This document shows, piece by piece, positions 9,867 to 19,784 of a stretch of 64,000 bases of DNA. Made by a program: the position numbers and the translations under genes. Source of the DNA: an uncultured Gemmatimonadales bacterium (GTDB lineage: Bacteria > Gemmatimonadota > Gemmatimonadetes > Longimicrobiales > RSA9); assembly GCA_963798845.1 (NCBI GenBank), contig CAWCUS010000006.1:832001-896000 (forward strand), written 5' to 3'. Position 1 is the first letter of the stretch. The number at the start of each line of letters is the position of its first letter. The notes below the pieces were generated by a model that worked only from the letters and a program-made list of their open reading frames with translations, had not been told where the DNA came from and did not search any database.

Positions 9867-11102
9867 TCAGCGTCCGAGCAGACTCTCGTAGGCAGGGATC
9901 ATGCTGCTGGCGATCACGTCCCAGTCGTATTGCTGCTCCGCCGTCCGTCGGGCCGCTCGACCCAGGCTGTTCCTGAGATCCGGATCCGACAGAACCGCCA
10001 CCACCGCTTCCGCGAACTCTTCGGGCTCGTCTCGCACGAGGATGTTCTGGCCGTCGCGGGCGTCGAGCCCCTCACATCCGACGGAGGTGCTGACCACGGC
10101 CTTCCCCATGGCCCACGCGTCGAGGATCTTCAGCCGCGTGCCGCCGCCGACACGGAGTGGAACGACATAGCATGCGGCTCGCGCCACATAGGGCTGGATG
10201 GATTCGACATAGCCGGTGAGCTCGATCCCGTGGTCCTCCTGGTATCGTGATCCGACTTCGCTGCCGGCGCGGCCGACCCAGGTCACACGGACCGGCGCAT
10301 GGACAGAGCGGCGGATCCGGGGCAGGATGGCGTGAGCGAAATACTCCATCGCATCGCGGTTGGGGAACCACGTACGCCCGCCCACGAACACGATCCCGTC
10401 GGTTACGCCTTGTTGCGGGCGGAAAGCCGCCGTATCGACTCCGTTCGGCACGACCATGATGGTGGCCGCCGGGGCGATCGCTGCGAGCGTGTCGGCGTCG
10501 TGTCGAGACACCGTGACGTTCAGGTCGATGCGGGGCGCCCAGCGAGCTTCCTCGCTGCGCGTGCGGCGCGCCTGCAGCCGGATGTAGCCGCGCCGCAGGA
10601 CCCCGGTCTCCTGAGCGGACCGGCGGTCGAGCAGCGCCGATTCGACGTTGTGGTGGGTGCATACTGTCGGAATCCCCCGGACTTCGGGCAGGTACGTCGA
10701 AAGGTCGAGGCTATCCACGTGAACGAGATCGAAGTGTTCATCACGCAGCAGCGCGCGCAGACGCCCACGAAACGTCGCCGACTCGTACGCGTCGATGGTG
10801 TACACGCGGCCTGCGAGCCCACTATGGAGATGGTCTGCGATCATGCGCAGTCGCGAATGCTCCTGAGGGATCGGGAACGCCTCGATTCGGCACAGCTTGC
10901 CCAACTCCCGGGCGCTACGCTGAACGTGACCCATGGTCGGGTGCGACGCGCGGCGAAAGAAACAGAGAGCGTGAACGTCGTACTCGCGGGCAAGAAGTCG
11001 GAGAACATTGAACGTCCGGATCTGAACACCCCCGTGAGGTGGATACGGGAGGGTCTGAGCCAGGAACAGCAATCGGGGGCGGCTTCTGTCTCGGTTGCCC
11101 AT
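9867..11102 (-). CDS. Glycosyltransferase family 4 (PEP-CTERM/EpsH-associated sugar transferase type)
   Basis: PYPPHGG, HNVES, VPNGVD, VVPLRVGGGTRLKILDAWAMGKAVVSTSVGCEG. Confidence 0.9.
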   Translation of the reverse strand: MGNRDRSRPRLLFLAQTLPYPPHGGVQIRTFNVLRLLAREYDVHALCFFRRASHPTMGHVQRSARELGKLCRIEAFPIPQEHSRLRMIADHLHSGLAGRVYTIDAYESATFRGRLRALLRDEHFDLVHVDSLDLSTYLPEVRGIPTVCTHHNVESALLDRRSAQETGVLRRGYIRLQARRTRSEEARWAPRIDLNVTVSRHDADTLAAIAPAATIMVVPNGVDTAAFRPQQGVTDGIVFVGGRTWFPNRDAMEYFAHAILPRIRRSVHAPVRVTWVGRAGSEVGSRYQEDHGIELTGYVESIQPYVARAACYVVPLRVGGGTRLKILDAWAMGKAVVSTSVGCEGLDARDGQNILVRDEPEEFAEAVVAVLSDPDLRNSLGRAARRTAEQQYDWDVIASSMIPAYESLLGR

Positions 11103-11251
11103 TCTCTCCTATCCGCGTGACTGGACCCGAACCGTCAATGCTGCGTAAGATACACCTGCCGTACCGGTTGGCACCCAGGCCGGAGTCACGCCACAGGAAT
11201 GCGATCACCGATCACTGGAGCCCGCTGGTTCGCTGCAGGACGTATCCTGCT

Positions 11252-12373
11252 GTGATCGAGCCTCGGACGGTGTTGCACACCTTCGAGCTCGGCGTCATCG
11301 GAGGTCAGCTCAGGGTCGTCGAGGCTCTCGCCACGGCTCAACAGCAAGCCGGCATGTCGCCGGTGGTGCTCACGGTCGTCACCGATCCCGCCCTCGTGTC
11401 GCACCCGGTGACCGAGGGCCTGGCCCGTCACGGAATCGAGGTCCGGCAGGTCCTGCTGGCCCGGACCCGCGCCTACATCGCGGAACGAAGGAGTGTCGTG
11501 CGTCACGCGAGGTCGCTCAAGCCGGATGTCGTACACACCCACGGCTACCGCGCCGACGTGGTCGATGCTCCGGCGGCGAGGCGCGCTGGCTTTCCGGCCG
11601 TGTGCACGCTGCACGGGTTCGTGGATGGCGGCTGGAGAAACCGCCTCTACGAGCGGCTTCAGCGGCGGGTGGCCCGGGGCCTAGACGGCGTGGTCGTGGT
11701 GAGCCAGCCAATGCGCGACCGGTTGCTCGCTTCGGGCGTCTCCCGCGACCGGCTCCACGTGGTCCGCAATGGATGGCTGCCGATGGCATGCCTGCTCGAT
11801 CGCGAAGAGGCCCGGACCCGTCTCGGGGTGGACTCGCGGTATCGAATCGGCTGGGTGGGGCGAGTGAGCCAGGAGAAGGGGCCCGACGTGCTGCTCGAGG
11901 CGCTCCGACGGTTGGATGCAAACACGTTCGTAGCCTCGGTCATCGGCGACGGCCCGCTGCGCGCCGCTCTGGCCGAGGCGAGCGCCTCGTCACGTCTCCC
12001 CGTGCGCTGGCACGGCGTCATCCACGGTGCGGACACTCTCTTCCGGGCCTTCGACGTTTTCGTGCTCAGCTCCCGGACGGAGGGAACGCCCATGGTGCTA
12101 CTGGAGGCGATGCACGCGGGTGTGCCGATCGTCGCAACGAAGGTGGGCGGCGTGCCGGACGTGGTCGGGGAAACGGAGGCGCTGCTCGTGCCGCCGGACG
12201 ATCCGGACGCGCTGGCCGCGGCCATCCGGGCGGTTCGGGACGACCCGGCGGCGGCGCAGGCGAGGGCACGGGCCGCCACAGAAAGGCTGGCGCGCGAGTT
12301 CGGCGCCGGGCAGTGGGTGGAGGCATATCAGAACGTGTATCGGAGCGCGATCGAGCGGAGACGAAGGGCCTGA
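11252..12373 (+). CDS. Glycosyltransferase family 4
   Basis: VHTHGY, VGRVSQEKG, SSRTEGTPMVLLEAM; GTG11252 chosen as start. Confidence 0.88.
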   Translation: MIEPRTVLHTFELGVIGGQLRVVEALATAQQQAGMSPVVLTVVTDPALVSHPVTEGLARHGIEVRQVLLARTRAYIAERRSVVRHARSLKPDVVHTHGYRADVVDAPAARRAGFPAVCTLHGFVDGGWRNRLYERLQRRVARGLDGVVVVSQPMRDRLLASGVSRDRLHVVRNGWLPMACLLDREEARTRLGVDSRYRIGWVGRVSQEKGPDVLLEALRRLDANTFVASVIGDGPLRAALAEASASSRLPVRWHGVIHGADTLFRAFDVFVLSSRTEGTPMVLLEAMHAGVPIVATKVGGVPDVVGETEALLVPPDDPDALAAAIRAVRDDPAAAQARARAATERLAREFGAGQWVEAYQNVYRSAIERRRRA

Positions 12374-13562
12374 TGTGGATCGCGTACGCCGTTCTCGCCG
12401 GGGCCGGACTGGCGGCCGTGTACACCTATGTCGGCTATCCATGGCTGGTCAGGATGCTGGCCCTGCTGCGGCCGCGGCCCCGCGGCGAGGCGGAGCCTGC
12501 CATCGGAGGCGGCGAGTGGCCGCTGATCTCCTTCAGCGTGCCCGCATACAATGAAGAGGCCGAGATCGCCGGGGTCATCGAGTCCCTGCTCGCCATCGAC
12601 TACCCGGCGGATCGTCGCCAGATCATCATCGTCTCGGACGCTTCGACCGATCGCACGGACGAGATCGTCCGGAGCTATGCCGATCGCGGCGTGGAGCTGG
12701 TGCGGCAGCCGCAGCGGATGGGCAAGACGGCTGCCGAGGAGCTGGCCGCGGCGCAGGTCCGGGGCGACATCGTCGTGAACACTGACGCTTCCATCCGGAT
12801 CGCGCCGAACGCGATCAGGCCGCTCGTCGCCCGCTTTCGCGATCCGCGCGTCGGCGTCGCATCCGGCCGCGATGTCAGTATTTCCCACGCCGCGCAGGAG
12901 CAGAGTGCCGGTGAGGCGGGGTACGTGGGGTACGAGATGGTGGTGCGGGACGCGGAAACGCGGCTGTACGGGATCGTCGGGGCGTCCGGCTCTCTGTACG
13001 CCATCAGGACCGAGCTGCACCGATGGCCTCTGCGGGCCGACCTCAGCCGCGATTTCGCCGCGGCGCTGCATGCCGAGGAGCAGGGATTCCGGGCGGTGTC
13101 CGTGCCGGAAGCCGTCTGCTACGTCCCCCGCACCGATTCGCTGCAGCGGGAATACCGCAGGAAGGTGCGCACGATCGAGCGAGGAATGCACACGCTCTGG
13201 TACAAGCGCCACCTGCTGAACCCATTGCGGCATCCCGAGTTCGCATGGATGCTCTGGAGCCACAAGCTGGCCCGGTGGGGACTGCCATGGGCGGGCGTCG
13301 CTGCATTCGTGGCTCTGGTCTACCTCGCCTTCGTGCATGCCTGGGCCGCGGTTCTGGCCGCGCTGGGTGCAGGGGCACTGTTCCTGGGTGCGTTGGGATG
13401 GGCATTGGCCGCGAAGGGCCGCTCGATTCCCCGCCCGCTGTCGGTCCTTGCCTACGGACTGATGGGGAACGTGGCCGCAATGCGCGCCCTGTTCAGGCTG
13501 GTGAGCGGTCAGCGCAGCAGGCGGTTTGGGAGCCTACCCGCCGCCGGGCCGGAGCGGAGTGA
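12373..13562 (+). CDS. Glycosyltransferase family 2 (membrane); probable 1-nt frameshift near 13514 in the last ~15 codons
   Basis: TGATG coupling; PAYNEE, SDASTD, NTDAS, EYRRKVR. The family-typical C-terminus AVWEPTRR..stop lies in the neighbouring frame, ending 13562. Confidence 0.85.
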
Positions 13563-14640
13563 CCGGCTCGAGCGGCCGCTTCTTCCGCGCGATCCCGACC
13601 CCGACCATGAACGCGACGAAACCGGCCGTCACCCACGCGCTGTCCGCCGCGGCGACCAGCCAGCCCGGAGCGTTCGAGGGGTAGGCGAGCAGGGCCCACC
13701 CGCGCCACGGTCCCACCCTCCGGCACCGCTCTCCACCGTCGACGGCAAGGCAGAAGCCCCAGGCGCCCGATCGGCGCAGTGTGGCCCGGACCGTGTCACC
13801 GGGACTGGCGGGGGCGAGGGCGCCGGTCCAGCGGAGGGCCGGCTCTTCCAGCCGCAATTTCTCGGCGTTGCGCCGGATCCGGAAGACGATATCGGCGCCA
13901 TCCGCGCCCAGCAGAAGGACCTCCTGCTGACGCTCGTCGTAGATGCTGAACACCGGGGCGAGGCGTCGCGGGGGAGGTCCGGCATCGAAGCGGATCCGGA
14001 TCGGCTCGCCGCGCAGGATCGCCCGGCGAGCGGCTCCGCTGTCGCTCAGGCGACGGGACGGGGCGGGCTGGTCGCCGATCGTCGCCTGCAGGATGCCGCC
14101 TCCGTACACGCCCAGAGAGGGTCCGAGGTCGGCGGTCCACTGCCCGTAGTACGTGGCCTTCTGTGGGGCAGGGAGGAGGAGCCAGGCCGCGGCGCAGGCC
14201 ACGGCGAAGGGTAGTGCGACAAGAGTGACGCCCACTCTGCGCGGGCGCGCCCGGCCCCACGCGCGCAGCGATCGGGCTCGGTCCGTGGCCAGCGCTCCCA
14301 GCGCAGCGCCCGTGGTGTTCCAGACGACATCGCCCAGCGTGGCGTAGCGCCCCGCCAGCCCCAGCTGCGTCGCCTCGATCCCGGTGGACAGGAGGGCACC
14401 CACCAGCACCACCCAGCCCACGCGCCAGCCCGCCAGCACGAGCGCCACGCCGAGCGGTGCGAAGAGGAAGACGTTCAGGATGGCGTCGGCCGTCCCGCGG
14501 GACCCGCAGATCAGGCACGTTCTCGTCAACGCCTCGCCGGGGCCATGCGGGGCGGAGCCGGATCGGAGTGTCAGCACCAGGATGGCCGCCGTGACCGCGG
14601 CGGCGGCGAGGGCGCCCAGGACCCGCCGTGGCGGTGCCAA
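13534..14640 (-). CDS. VanZ-like membrane protein
   Basis: DAILNVFLFAPLG..STGIEATQ..GRYATLGDVVWNTTG. Confidence 0.75.
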   Translation of the reverse strand: MAPPRRVLGALAAAAVTAAILVLTLRSGSAPHGPGEALTRTCLICGSRGTADAILNVFLFAPLGVALVLAGWRVGWVVLVGALLSTGIEATQLGLAGRYATLGDVVWNTTGAALGALATDRARSLRAWGRARPRRVGVTLVALPFAVACAAAWLLLPAPQKATYYGQWTADLGPSLGVYGGGILQATIGDQPAPSRRLSDSGAARRAILRGEPIRIRFDAGPPPRRLAPVFSIYDERQQEVLLLGADGADIVFRIRRNAEKLRLEEPALRWTGALAPASPGDTVRATLRRSGAWGFCLAVDGGERCRRVGPWRGWALLAYPSNAPGWLVAAADSAWVTAGFVAFMVGVGIARKKRPLEPVTPLRPGGG

Positions 14641-14647
14641 TCGTCGC

Positions 14648-15700
14648 CTAGGGCAGGTTCTTCGCCAGGACCGGGCCGAGCCGGTTGGTGAGGCGGAGCG
14701 GGAGCCTCTGCCAGACGCGCGTGGCCAGGCGGAACTTCGCGGAGTCCGCGGAAGGCGTGGCGTTGGTTCCGTCGGGAGACCACTGGGCCCACGGGAGAGG
14801 GACGTCGCGCCCGCCCCACTGGCTCTTGAAGCGGTGGGTTCCGCCCCCGGGGGAGCAGCGCCCGAAGTTGAACGTCCGGACCCCGCGGCGGCTCATTTCC
14901 TCCATCAGGCTCCAGTAGAGGAGCATGTTGGGCGCCAGACTGTTGTACTCCCGCAGCGAGGAAGCCCACGTGATCTCGAACTCGTCGCCGTGGACGAATC
15001 CGGCGCCCGCGGCGACCGCTTCCCCGCGATGGTACACGGCTGCGAAAACGATGTGGTCCTCGAACAGGTGGAGGGCGCGGGTGAAGAAGCTCATCGGGAG
15101 AACGGGCGTGCCCAGGTCGCGCATGTTGCGGCAGTAGATGCCGTAGAACGCGCGGATCTGGTCGAGATTCAGCCGGAACTCCATGCCCTCCTTCATCGGC
15201 CGTCGAACCTGGCTCCGCACCTTGGACTTCAGCGCTTTCCAGAGGATCTCCGGATCGTCCGGAAGATCCAGGAGCACGGTGATCTTCCTCTCGGAGGTGC
15301 GTAGCCCGCCGGGCAGCTCGGTCCGCGAGCGGAGCTCCAGCAGGTCCACCCCCGTGGCCTCGGCGACTTCCCGCGCGTAGCCCACCAGGGCCTCCACGGC
15401 GTCCTCGTCGCCCAGCGGTCCGCCGTAGTTGAGGAAGGGCATGCTCAGCAGGTAATCGCCAAACAACCGGCTGCGGACCCGGACCAGCGGCAGGATCCCC
15501 CTCAGGCGGCCTTCCTTCGTCCGGGCCATCACATAGCGTGCTTCGTGTCCGAAGATCTCCTCGACCACCGGACGCCAGCCGTGCAGGTGGCAGAAGGTTG
15601 ATCCAGGCTGAGCGCGGACGAACGCGTCCCACTCCGGGGCGTCGGAGAAGCTCGCTGCGTCGAGGTAGAGGGTACGGTTCGTCGTCAAGAGCCTGTGCAT
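14648..15700 (-). CDS. FemAB family XrtA/PEP-CTERM system-associated GNAT protein
   Basis: SRLFGDYLLSMPFLNYGG, RNMRDLGTPV, APNMLLYW, FNFGRC, FKSQWG. Start is ATG15700 or TTG15688. Confidence 0.88.
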   Translation of the reverse strand: MHRLLTTNRTLYLDAASFSDAPEWDAFVRAQPGSTFCHLHGWRPVVEEIFGHEARYVMARTKEGRLRGILPLVRVRSRLFGDYLLSMPFLNYGGPLGDEDAVEALVGYAREVAEATGVDLLELRSRTELPGGLRTSERKITVLLDLPDDPEILWKALKSKVRSQVRRPMKEGMEFRLNLDQIRAFYGIYCRNMRDLGTPVLPMSFFTRALHLFEDHIVFAAVYHRGEAVAAGAGFVHGDEFEITWASSLREYNSLAPNMLLYWSLMEEMSRRGVRTFNFGRCSPGGGTHRFKSQWGGRDVPLPWAQWSPDGTNATPSADSAKFRLATRVWQRLPLRLTNRLGPVLAKNLP

Positions 15701-16572
15701 TCGGGGTCGCAATCGTGCACGCGAGCCATCGGTTCGGCCCGCGTGTCGGGCTCGAGTGAGGCGGAGATGGACTGGAACCGGAACTCTTGCAGCAGCGTGC
15801 GAAGGCGAGGCTCCGTCTTCCTGAGGCCGCCGTAGTGGCGGAGGCGCGTCGCCGGGGCCACGGGCAGCCGCGGCTGATCCGGGTCGATCTCCCAGGGATG
15901 GATGTAGAACGTGCCCGCGTGCCCTGCCCGCTCCGCCTGGCGCAGGCCGGACGTCACGAGACGGTACGGCAGGAGGCGGAAGTACGCACCGCCTGCGGCG
16001 GGGAGGACAGCGCCAGCCAGCTGCAGCGTGGTCGGGGGGAACTCGATCAGGGGGCCCGCCGCGCATTCAATCCGGTGGGGGTCGCGACGGCCGCCGGGGT
16101 AGCCGTAGCCGCGCCGCCGGACTGGAAAGAGCGACGAATCGTAACGATAGCCTTCCTCCACCAGGATCTCCAGCGCCCACTCCAGCCCGGGCGTGATGCT
16201 GAAGCTCGGGGCCCTGTACCCCACCACCGGATGTCCCGCGAGCTGCTGCAGCACGTCCCGGCTCCGACGCACGCTTTCTCGGAGCTCCGGCGGCGTCAGC
16301 TCCGTCACACGCCGGTGGGCCTGTCCGTGCGAGGCGATCTCGTGCCCCGCGGTCGCGATCCTGCGGATGAGAGCGGGGTGTCGCTCGCCGATCCAGCCGA
16401 GAACGAAGAACGTACCTGTCGCGTCCGCCGCATCCAGCAGCTCCAACAGCCGATCGACCGAACCCTCTATCCGCGACGGCAGGCGCACCCATGCATCACG
16501 CGACACGTGCGGCTCGAGCGCGCTGACCTGGAAGTACTCTTCGACGTCTATCGTGAAATGATGGCGGATCAC
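15685..16572 (-). CDS. XrtA system polysaccharide deacetylase (DUF3473)
   Basis: FTIDVEEYFQV, TFFVLGW, HEIASHG, GYRAPSFS, YDSS, GGAYFR, FYIHPWEIDPDQP. Confidence 0.92.
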   Translation of the reverse strand: MIRHHFTIDVEEYFQVSALEPHVSRDAWVRLPSRIEGSVDRLLELLDAADATGTFFVLGWIGERHPALIRRIATAGHEIASHGQAHRRVTELTPPELRESVRRSRDVLQQLAGHPVVGYRAPSFSITPGLEWALEILVEEGYRYDSSLFPVRRRGYGYPGGRRDPHRIECAAGPLIEFPPTTLQLAGAVLPAAGGAYFRLLPYRLVTSGLRQAERAGHAGTFYIHPWEIDPDQPRLPVAPATRLRHYGGLRKTEPRLRTLLQEFRFQSISASLEPDTRAEPMARVHDCDPECTGS

Positions 16573-16706
16573 CGGGTCTCGGCTTCTTCCCGGCAAGCGG
16601 CCGGTTTCATGGATCGGTTCATCTTCCCCTGGTTCGGGTGCCGGATGAGGTCCTGCGCCGAAGGCGGGGATCGACCCCACGCCTCCAGACGGGTTTCTTC
16701 CGGCCC

Positions 16707-17324
16707 ATGGGAACTCCGAACGGGTCAGATCGTCAAGCCCGGCCGGTGCGCGTGCTCCGTAGCACGGCGCGTGCCTCGCTCGACTTCGTCGATCGCACGC
16801 TCCATACCGTACGACGAACAGCGGCACTGCGCTACCTCCGTCGCCTTCCGCCCGGCACACCGGTGCTGTTCATCTGCCACGGCAACGTTTGCCGCAGCCC
16901 CTTCGCCGAGGCCGCCCTCCGACGCGAAGCTCGGTCCCGCAACATCGACCTCCCGGTGGTCTCCGCCGGGTTCATCGGACCCGGACGACCTTCGCCCCAC
17001 GAAGCGCTCGACGCTGCCCGCGCTCTCGGCCTCGACCTGGCCCCTCATCGATCCCGCCTTCTCGGCGACGTCTCGCTCGACGGCCCCTTGCTGCCGGTTG
17101 TCATGGACACCCGCCAACGACGCGCTATCGCCCGCATCGCGCACCGCCCCGCGCGCGAGATCCTGATCCTCGGGGACCTCGACCCCCGCCCCATCCGGCG
17201 GCGCGCCATCCGCGATCCGTGGGGCGGGCCCAGGGAGGCGTTCGATGAGGTCTATGCCAGGATCGAACGGTGTGTGCGCGAACTCGCCGGTGCGCTCCCC
17301 GTAACCGCATCCCTCCCTTCCTGA
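16707..17324 (+). CDS. Low-molecular-weight protein-tyrosine phosphatase (Wzb-like)
   Basis: P-loop FICHGNVCRSPFAE and general-acid DPWG; start uncertain. Confidence 0.85.
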   Translation: MGTPNGSDRQARPVRVLRSTARASLDFVDRTLHTVRRTAALRYLRRLPPGTPVLFICHGNVCRSPFAEAALRREARSRNIDLPVVSAGFIGPGRPSPHEALDAARALGLDLAPHRSRLLGDVSLDGPLLPVVMDTRQRRAIARIAHRPAREILILGDLDPRPIRRRAIRDPWGGPREAFDEVYARIERCVRELAGALPVTASLPS

Positions 17325-17494
17325 TCCGCGGTCCAACAGCGGTCGGCTGCCGTGGGAGTGGCGCGGTCGTGCGGCGGCACTGTTGTGTCCACGCATCACA
17401 AGGCGGTCCGCCGGCGCCGTAGCTCCCCCGTCGACAGTTGTTTAAATCGTTATCATACAACTGTTTGCGCCGGTTGACGCGGAAGCGTTGCCAT

Positions 17495-17509
17495 TGGCTT
17501 GAAACCTGC
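17495..17509 (+). promoter_or_regulatory. sigma54 -24/-12 promoter of PEP-CTERM module 1
   Basis: TGGCTTGAAACCTGC has exact GG-N10-GC spacing and is nearly identical to 19146-19160. Confidence 0.75.
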
Positions 17510-17587
17510 TCAATTGGCGGCGCGACCGCTGGTACAGCGGCGCGGCTCACCCGGGGGCGGTCACATCATCAGGAGGACCAGTCACAG

Positions 17588-18100
17588 ATGAGCGGTGTCA
17601 TCCTCCCGGGTGCGGCAGCGGCAGGGCAGAGGCAGGCTTCGGGTCCGGGATCGGCGCGGCAGGTGGTCCCCGTGCTGGTGGCGTTCGGTCTCACGATGGC
17701 CATGGTCGGGCTGATCGACCTGGCGATGGCCTGGTGGCCACCGCACTTCGGGAAGGGGGAGTGGGAGTTCGGGACTGCGAGCCGGACGTTCAACTCCCTG
17801 GCACTGGGCACGACGGGCTTCATCGCCCTGGTTTCGGCCGGGGTGCTCGGGGGATGGACCAGAGGGCTGCGGGCTCTCGCGGTCGTCTCGCTTTTCGGGA
17901 CGCTGTTTCTGCTGGCCGCGTTCGTGTTGTTCGGGCTGAACGTGCCCCTGGCGCTCTCGGCCGTGCCGGCGACGGCGCGGGCGGGGCTGGTTCGAGCGAT
18001 CGTTCGCACGACGTTGTTCGCGGTATTGTATCTGTTGTTCTACGGTTGGCTGAGTTGGTACACCTGGCGCCGGGGAGGCGCCGCGAAAGGAGCCGTATGA
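17588..18100 (+). CDS. 4-TM membrane protein with WEFGT motif (unknown function), copy 1
   Basis: RBS aggagga; four hydrophobic segments; PPHFGKGEWEFGT and NVPLAL; ATGA overlap with the PEP-CTERM gene. Confidence 0.75.
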   Translation: MSGVILPGAAAAGQRQASGPGSARQVVPVLVAFGLTMAMVGLIDLAMAWWPPHFGKGEWEFGTASRTFNSLALGTTGFIALVSAGVLGGWTRGLRALAVVSLFGTLFLLAAFVLFGLNVPLALSAVPATARAGLVRAIVRTTLFAVLYLLFYGWLSWYTWRRGGAAKGAV

Positions 18101-18825
18101 TGAAAGCAAAGATCGCACTGGCGAGCGCGGTCGCGGGGCTCGCGATCATGCCGTTGGGCGCGAAAGGGGAGACGATCTGCGCGCCCTCGGACCCCGCCGG
18201 GTTCTACGCCTGTGCCAGCGTGATGATCGACTGGGACAACACGGCGAACGCGATCGTGCTGTCGGTCCAGAACCTGGACGCCTACAGCGACCTGGCCATG
18301 AACAATCTGGCCGGCGGGTGGCTGTTGCGCGCGATCGGGATCACCGGGGACCCATCGATCGCGAGCTATCTCACGGGGGACCTTTCGGTCACTTCCGATG
18401 GCGCCACGGAAGTGAACAATCCCGGCTCGCACTGGAGCTTCGACACGAGCCTCAGCGGCAATATCACGGTCGAGGCCGGCGGGGTGACAGACCCTGATCA
18501 CCAGCATGGGTCGGTCGTGGGGTGCGAGTGGACCGGGAGCCCGCTGTCGTACTTCCAGACCTGCGGCGGCGGCAAGGTGCTGTTCACCTTCGGTACCCAG
18601 AATTACACGGAGGAGATGTTCAACAGCACCAACTGGACGTATTCCATGCGCGGAATAGCGGGGCCCAACGGCGTGTCCTTCAAGTGCGGTACGGAGGAGG
18701 ACGGGCGGGACTGCGCACCGTCGGAAACGGTGCCGGAGCCCGCGAGCGTGCTGCTGCTGGGCACGGGGCTGCTAGGATTGGGGCTGGTGGTGCGGCGGCG
18801 GCGGCAGCGGAGCGATGCCGCCTGA
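18097..18825 (+). CDS. PEP-CTERM sorting-domain protein 1
   Basis: Signal peptide MMKAKIALASAVAG..; C-terminus VPEPASVLLLGTGLLGLGLVVRRRR. Confidence 0.93.
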   Translation: MMKAKIALASAVAGLAIMPLGAKGETICAPSDPAGFYACASVMIDWDNTANAIVLSVQNLDAYSDLAMNNLAGGWLLRAIGITGDPSIASYLTGDLSVTSDGATEVNNPGSHWSFDTSLSGNITVEAGGVTDPDHQHGSVVGCEWTGSPLSYFQTCGGGKVLFTFGTQNYTEEMFNSTNWTYSMRGIAGPNGVSFKCGTEEDGRDCAPSETVPEPASVLLLGTGLLGLGLVVRRRRQRSDAA

Positions 18826-18876
18826 CGATGCGCGCGATCGGCTGAAGCGGGCCAGGTAACTTTCGCCAACCGGGCC

Positions 18877-18912
18877 GCCCCCGGAGCTCAACGCTCCGGG
18901 GGTGTGTTTTTT
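18877..18912 (+). terminator. Intrinsic terminator
   Basis: gcccccggagc-tcaac-gctccgggggt followed by gtgtttttt. Confidence 0.8.
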
Positions 18913-19145
18913 GGACCGTTGTGGCGGCTGTGTTCGCACTGCGCGCTGAGCAGGCGGGGTCGGGTGCCGGGGCGCCCCTGCAATTCGGTCGGTCCGAGAG
19001 GGCATTGGTGCGAACGCACCTCGGTGCTGTTGTGCCTCTGCCTCAGTAGGCGGCATGCCGGCGCCCGGCCCGGGCATTGGGAACAGTGGCCCAAAAACGT
19101 TTAACCGCAGTCAATTACTCGGTTTTGACTCTTGCTGGGGCGAAA

Positions 19146-19160
19146 TGGCTTGAAAGGTGC
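19146..19160 (+). promoter_or_regulatory. sigma54 -24/-12 promoter of PEP-CTERM module 2
   Basis: TGGCTTGAAAGGTGC, GG-N10-GC. Confidence 0.75.
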
Positions 19161-19358
19161 AGTTTAGACCGACCTAATCGCGAATCGCGAGGTCGGGGAA
19201 TGACCGGCCGGAACCCTCGTCACCCGTATGACTGAACCAGAGACCCTAGCGCAGGGCACGAAGCGGAGTCCGAACCGGCCGCCGGGCCCGCTGGTGTCGA
19301 CGACATTGGGGGTTCCGGGCGGGCCGACGCACTCGCCGCCCCCGAGGCGGCGTGGCGG

Positions 19359-19784
19359 GTGCTGCCGTTGCTGGGGCTTCTGCTGGCGGTGATCGGCCTC
19401 GTGGACGTCGCCCTGTACGCGTATCCGACCGCGTTCAGCTCGCCCGAGTGGGAGTTCGGGACTGCGGCCGCGATGGTCAGCAGTCTCCCGCTTCCGACGA
19501 TCGGGTTTGCCGCGCTGCTGGCGTGGGCGCTGGCGCGAGGGGGTCGGGCGAGTCGGATCGTGCTGGCGCTCTGTCTGCTGCTCGTGGCGCTGGCCGTAGC
19601 GGGCATCTACACCCTGTTCGTTCTCAATGTCCCGCTCGCGTTGAAAGCGGCGAGCGGACCCCAAGGTCCGGTCCTCATCCGTGCCCTGGTCCGAACGACT
19701 GTCATGGCGGTCGGATTCGGCCTGGGCTACCTGGTGTCCGGGATCTCTCTGCTCCGTACCCTATCACCGAGGAAGGGCACATGA
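19359..19784 (+). CDS. 4-TM membrane protein with WEFGT motif, copy 2 (true start probably upstream, about 19228)
   Basis: PTAFSSPEWEFGT and NVPLALKA; paralog of 17588-18100; ATGA overlap with the PEP-CTERM gene. Confidence 0.75.
   Translation: MLPLLGLLLAVIGLVDVALYAYPTAFSSPEWEFGTAAAMVSSLPLPTIGFAALLAWALARGGRASRIVLALCLLLVALAVAGIYTLFVLNVPLALKAASGPQGPVLIRALVRTTVMAVGFGLGYLVSGISLLRTLSPRKGT

Noticed and set aside
11602..14214. 870-aa ORF
   Set aside because: The GT2 gene (from 12373) extended by overlap with the GT4 gene and by read-through past a probable frameshift.
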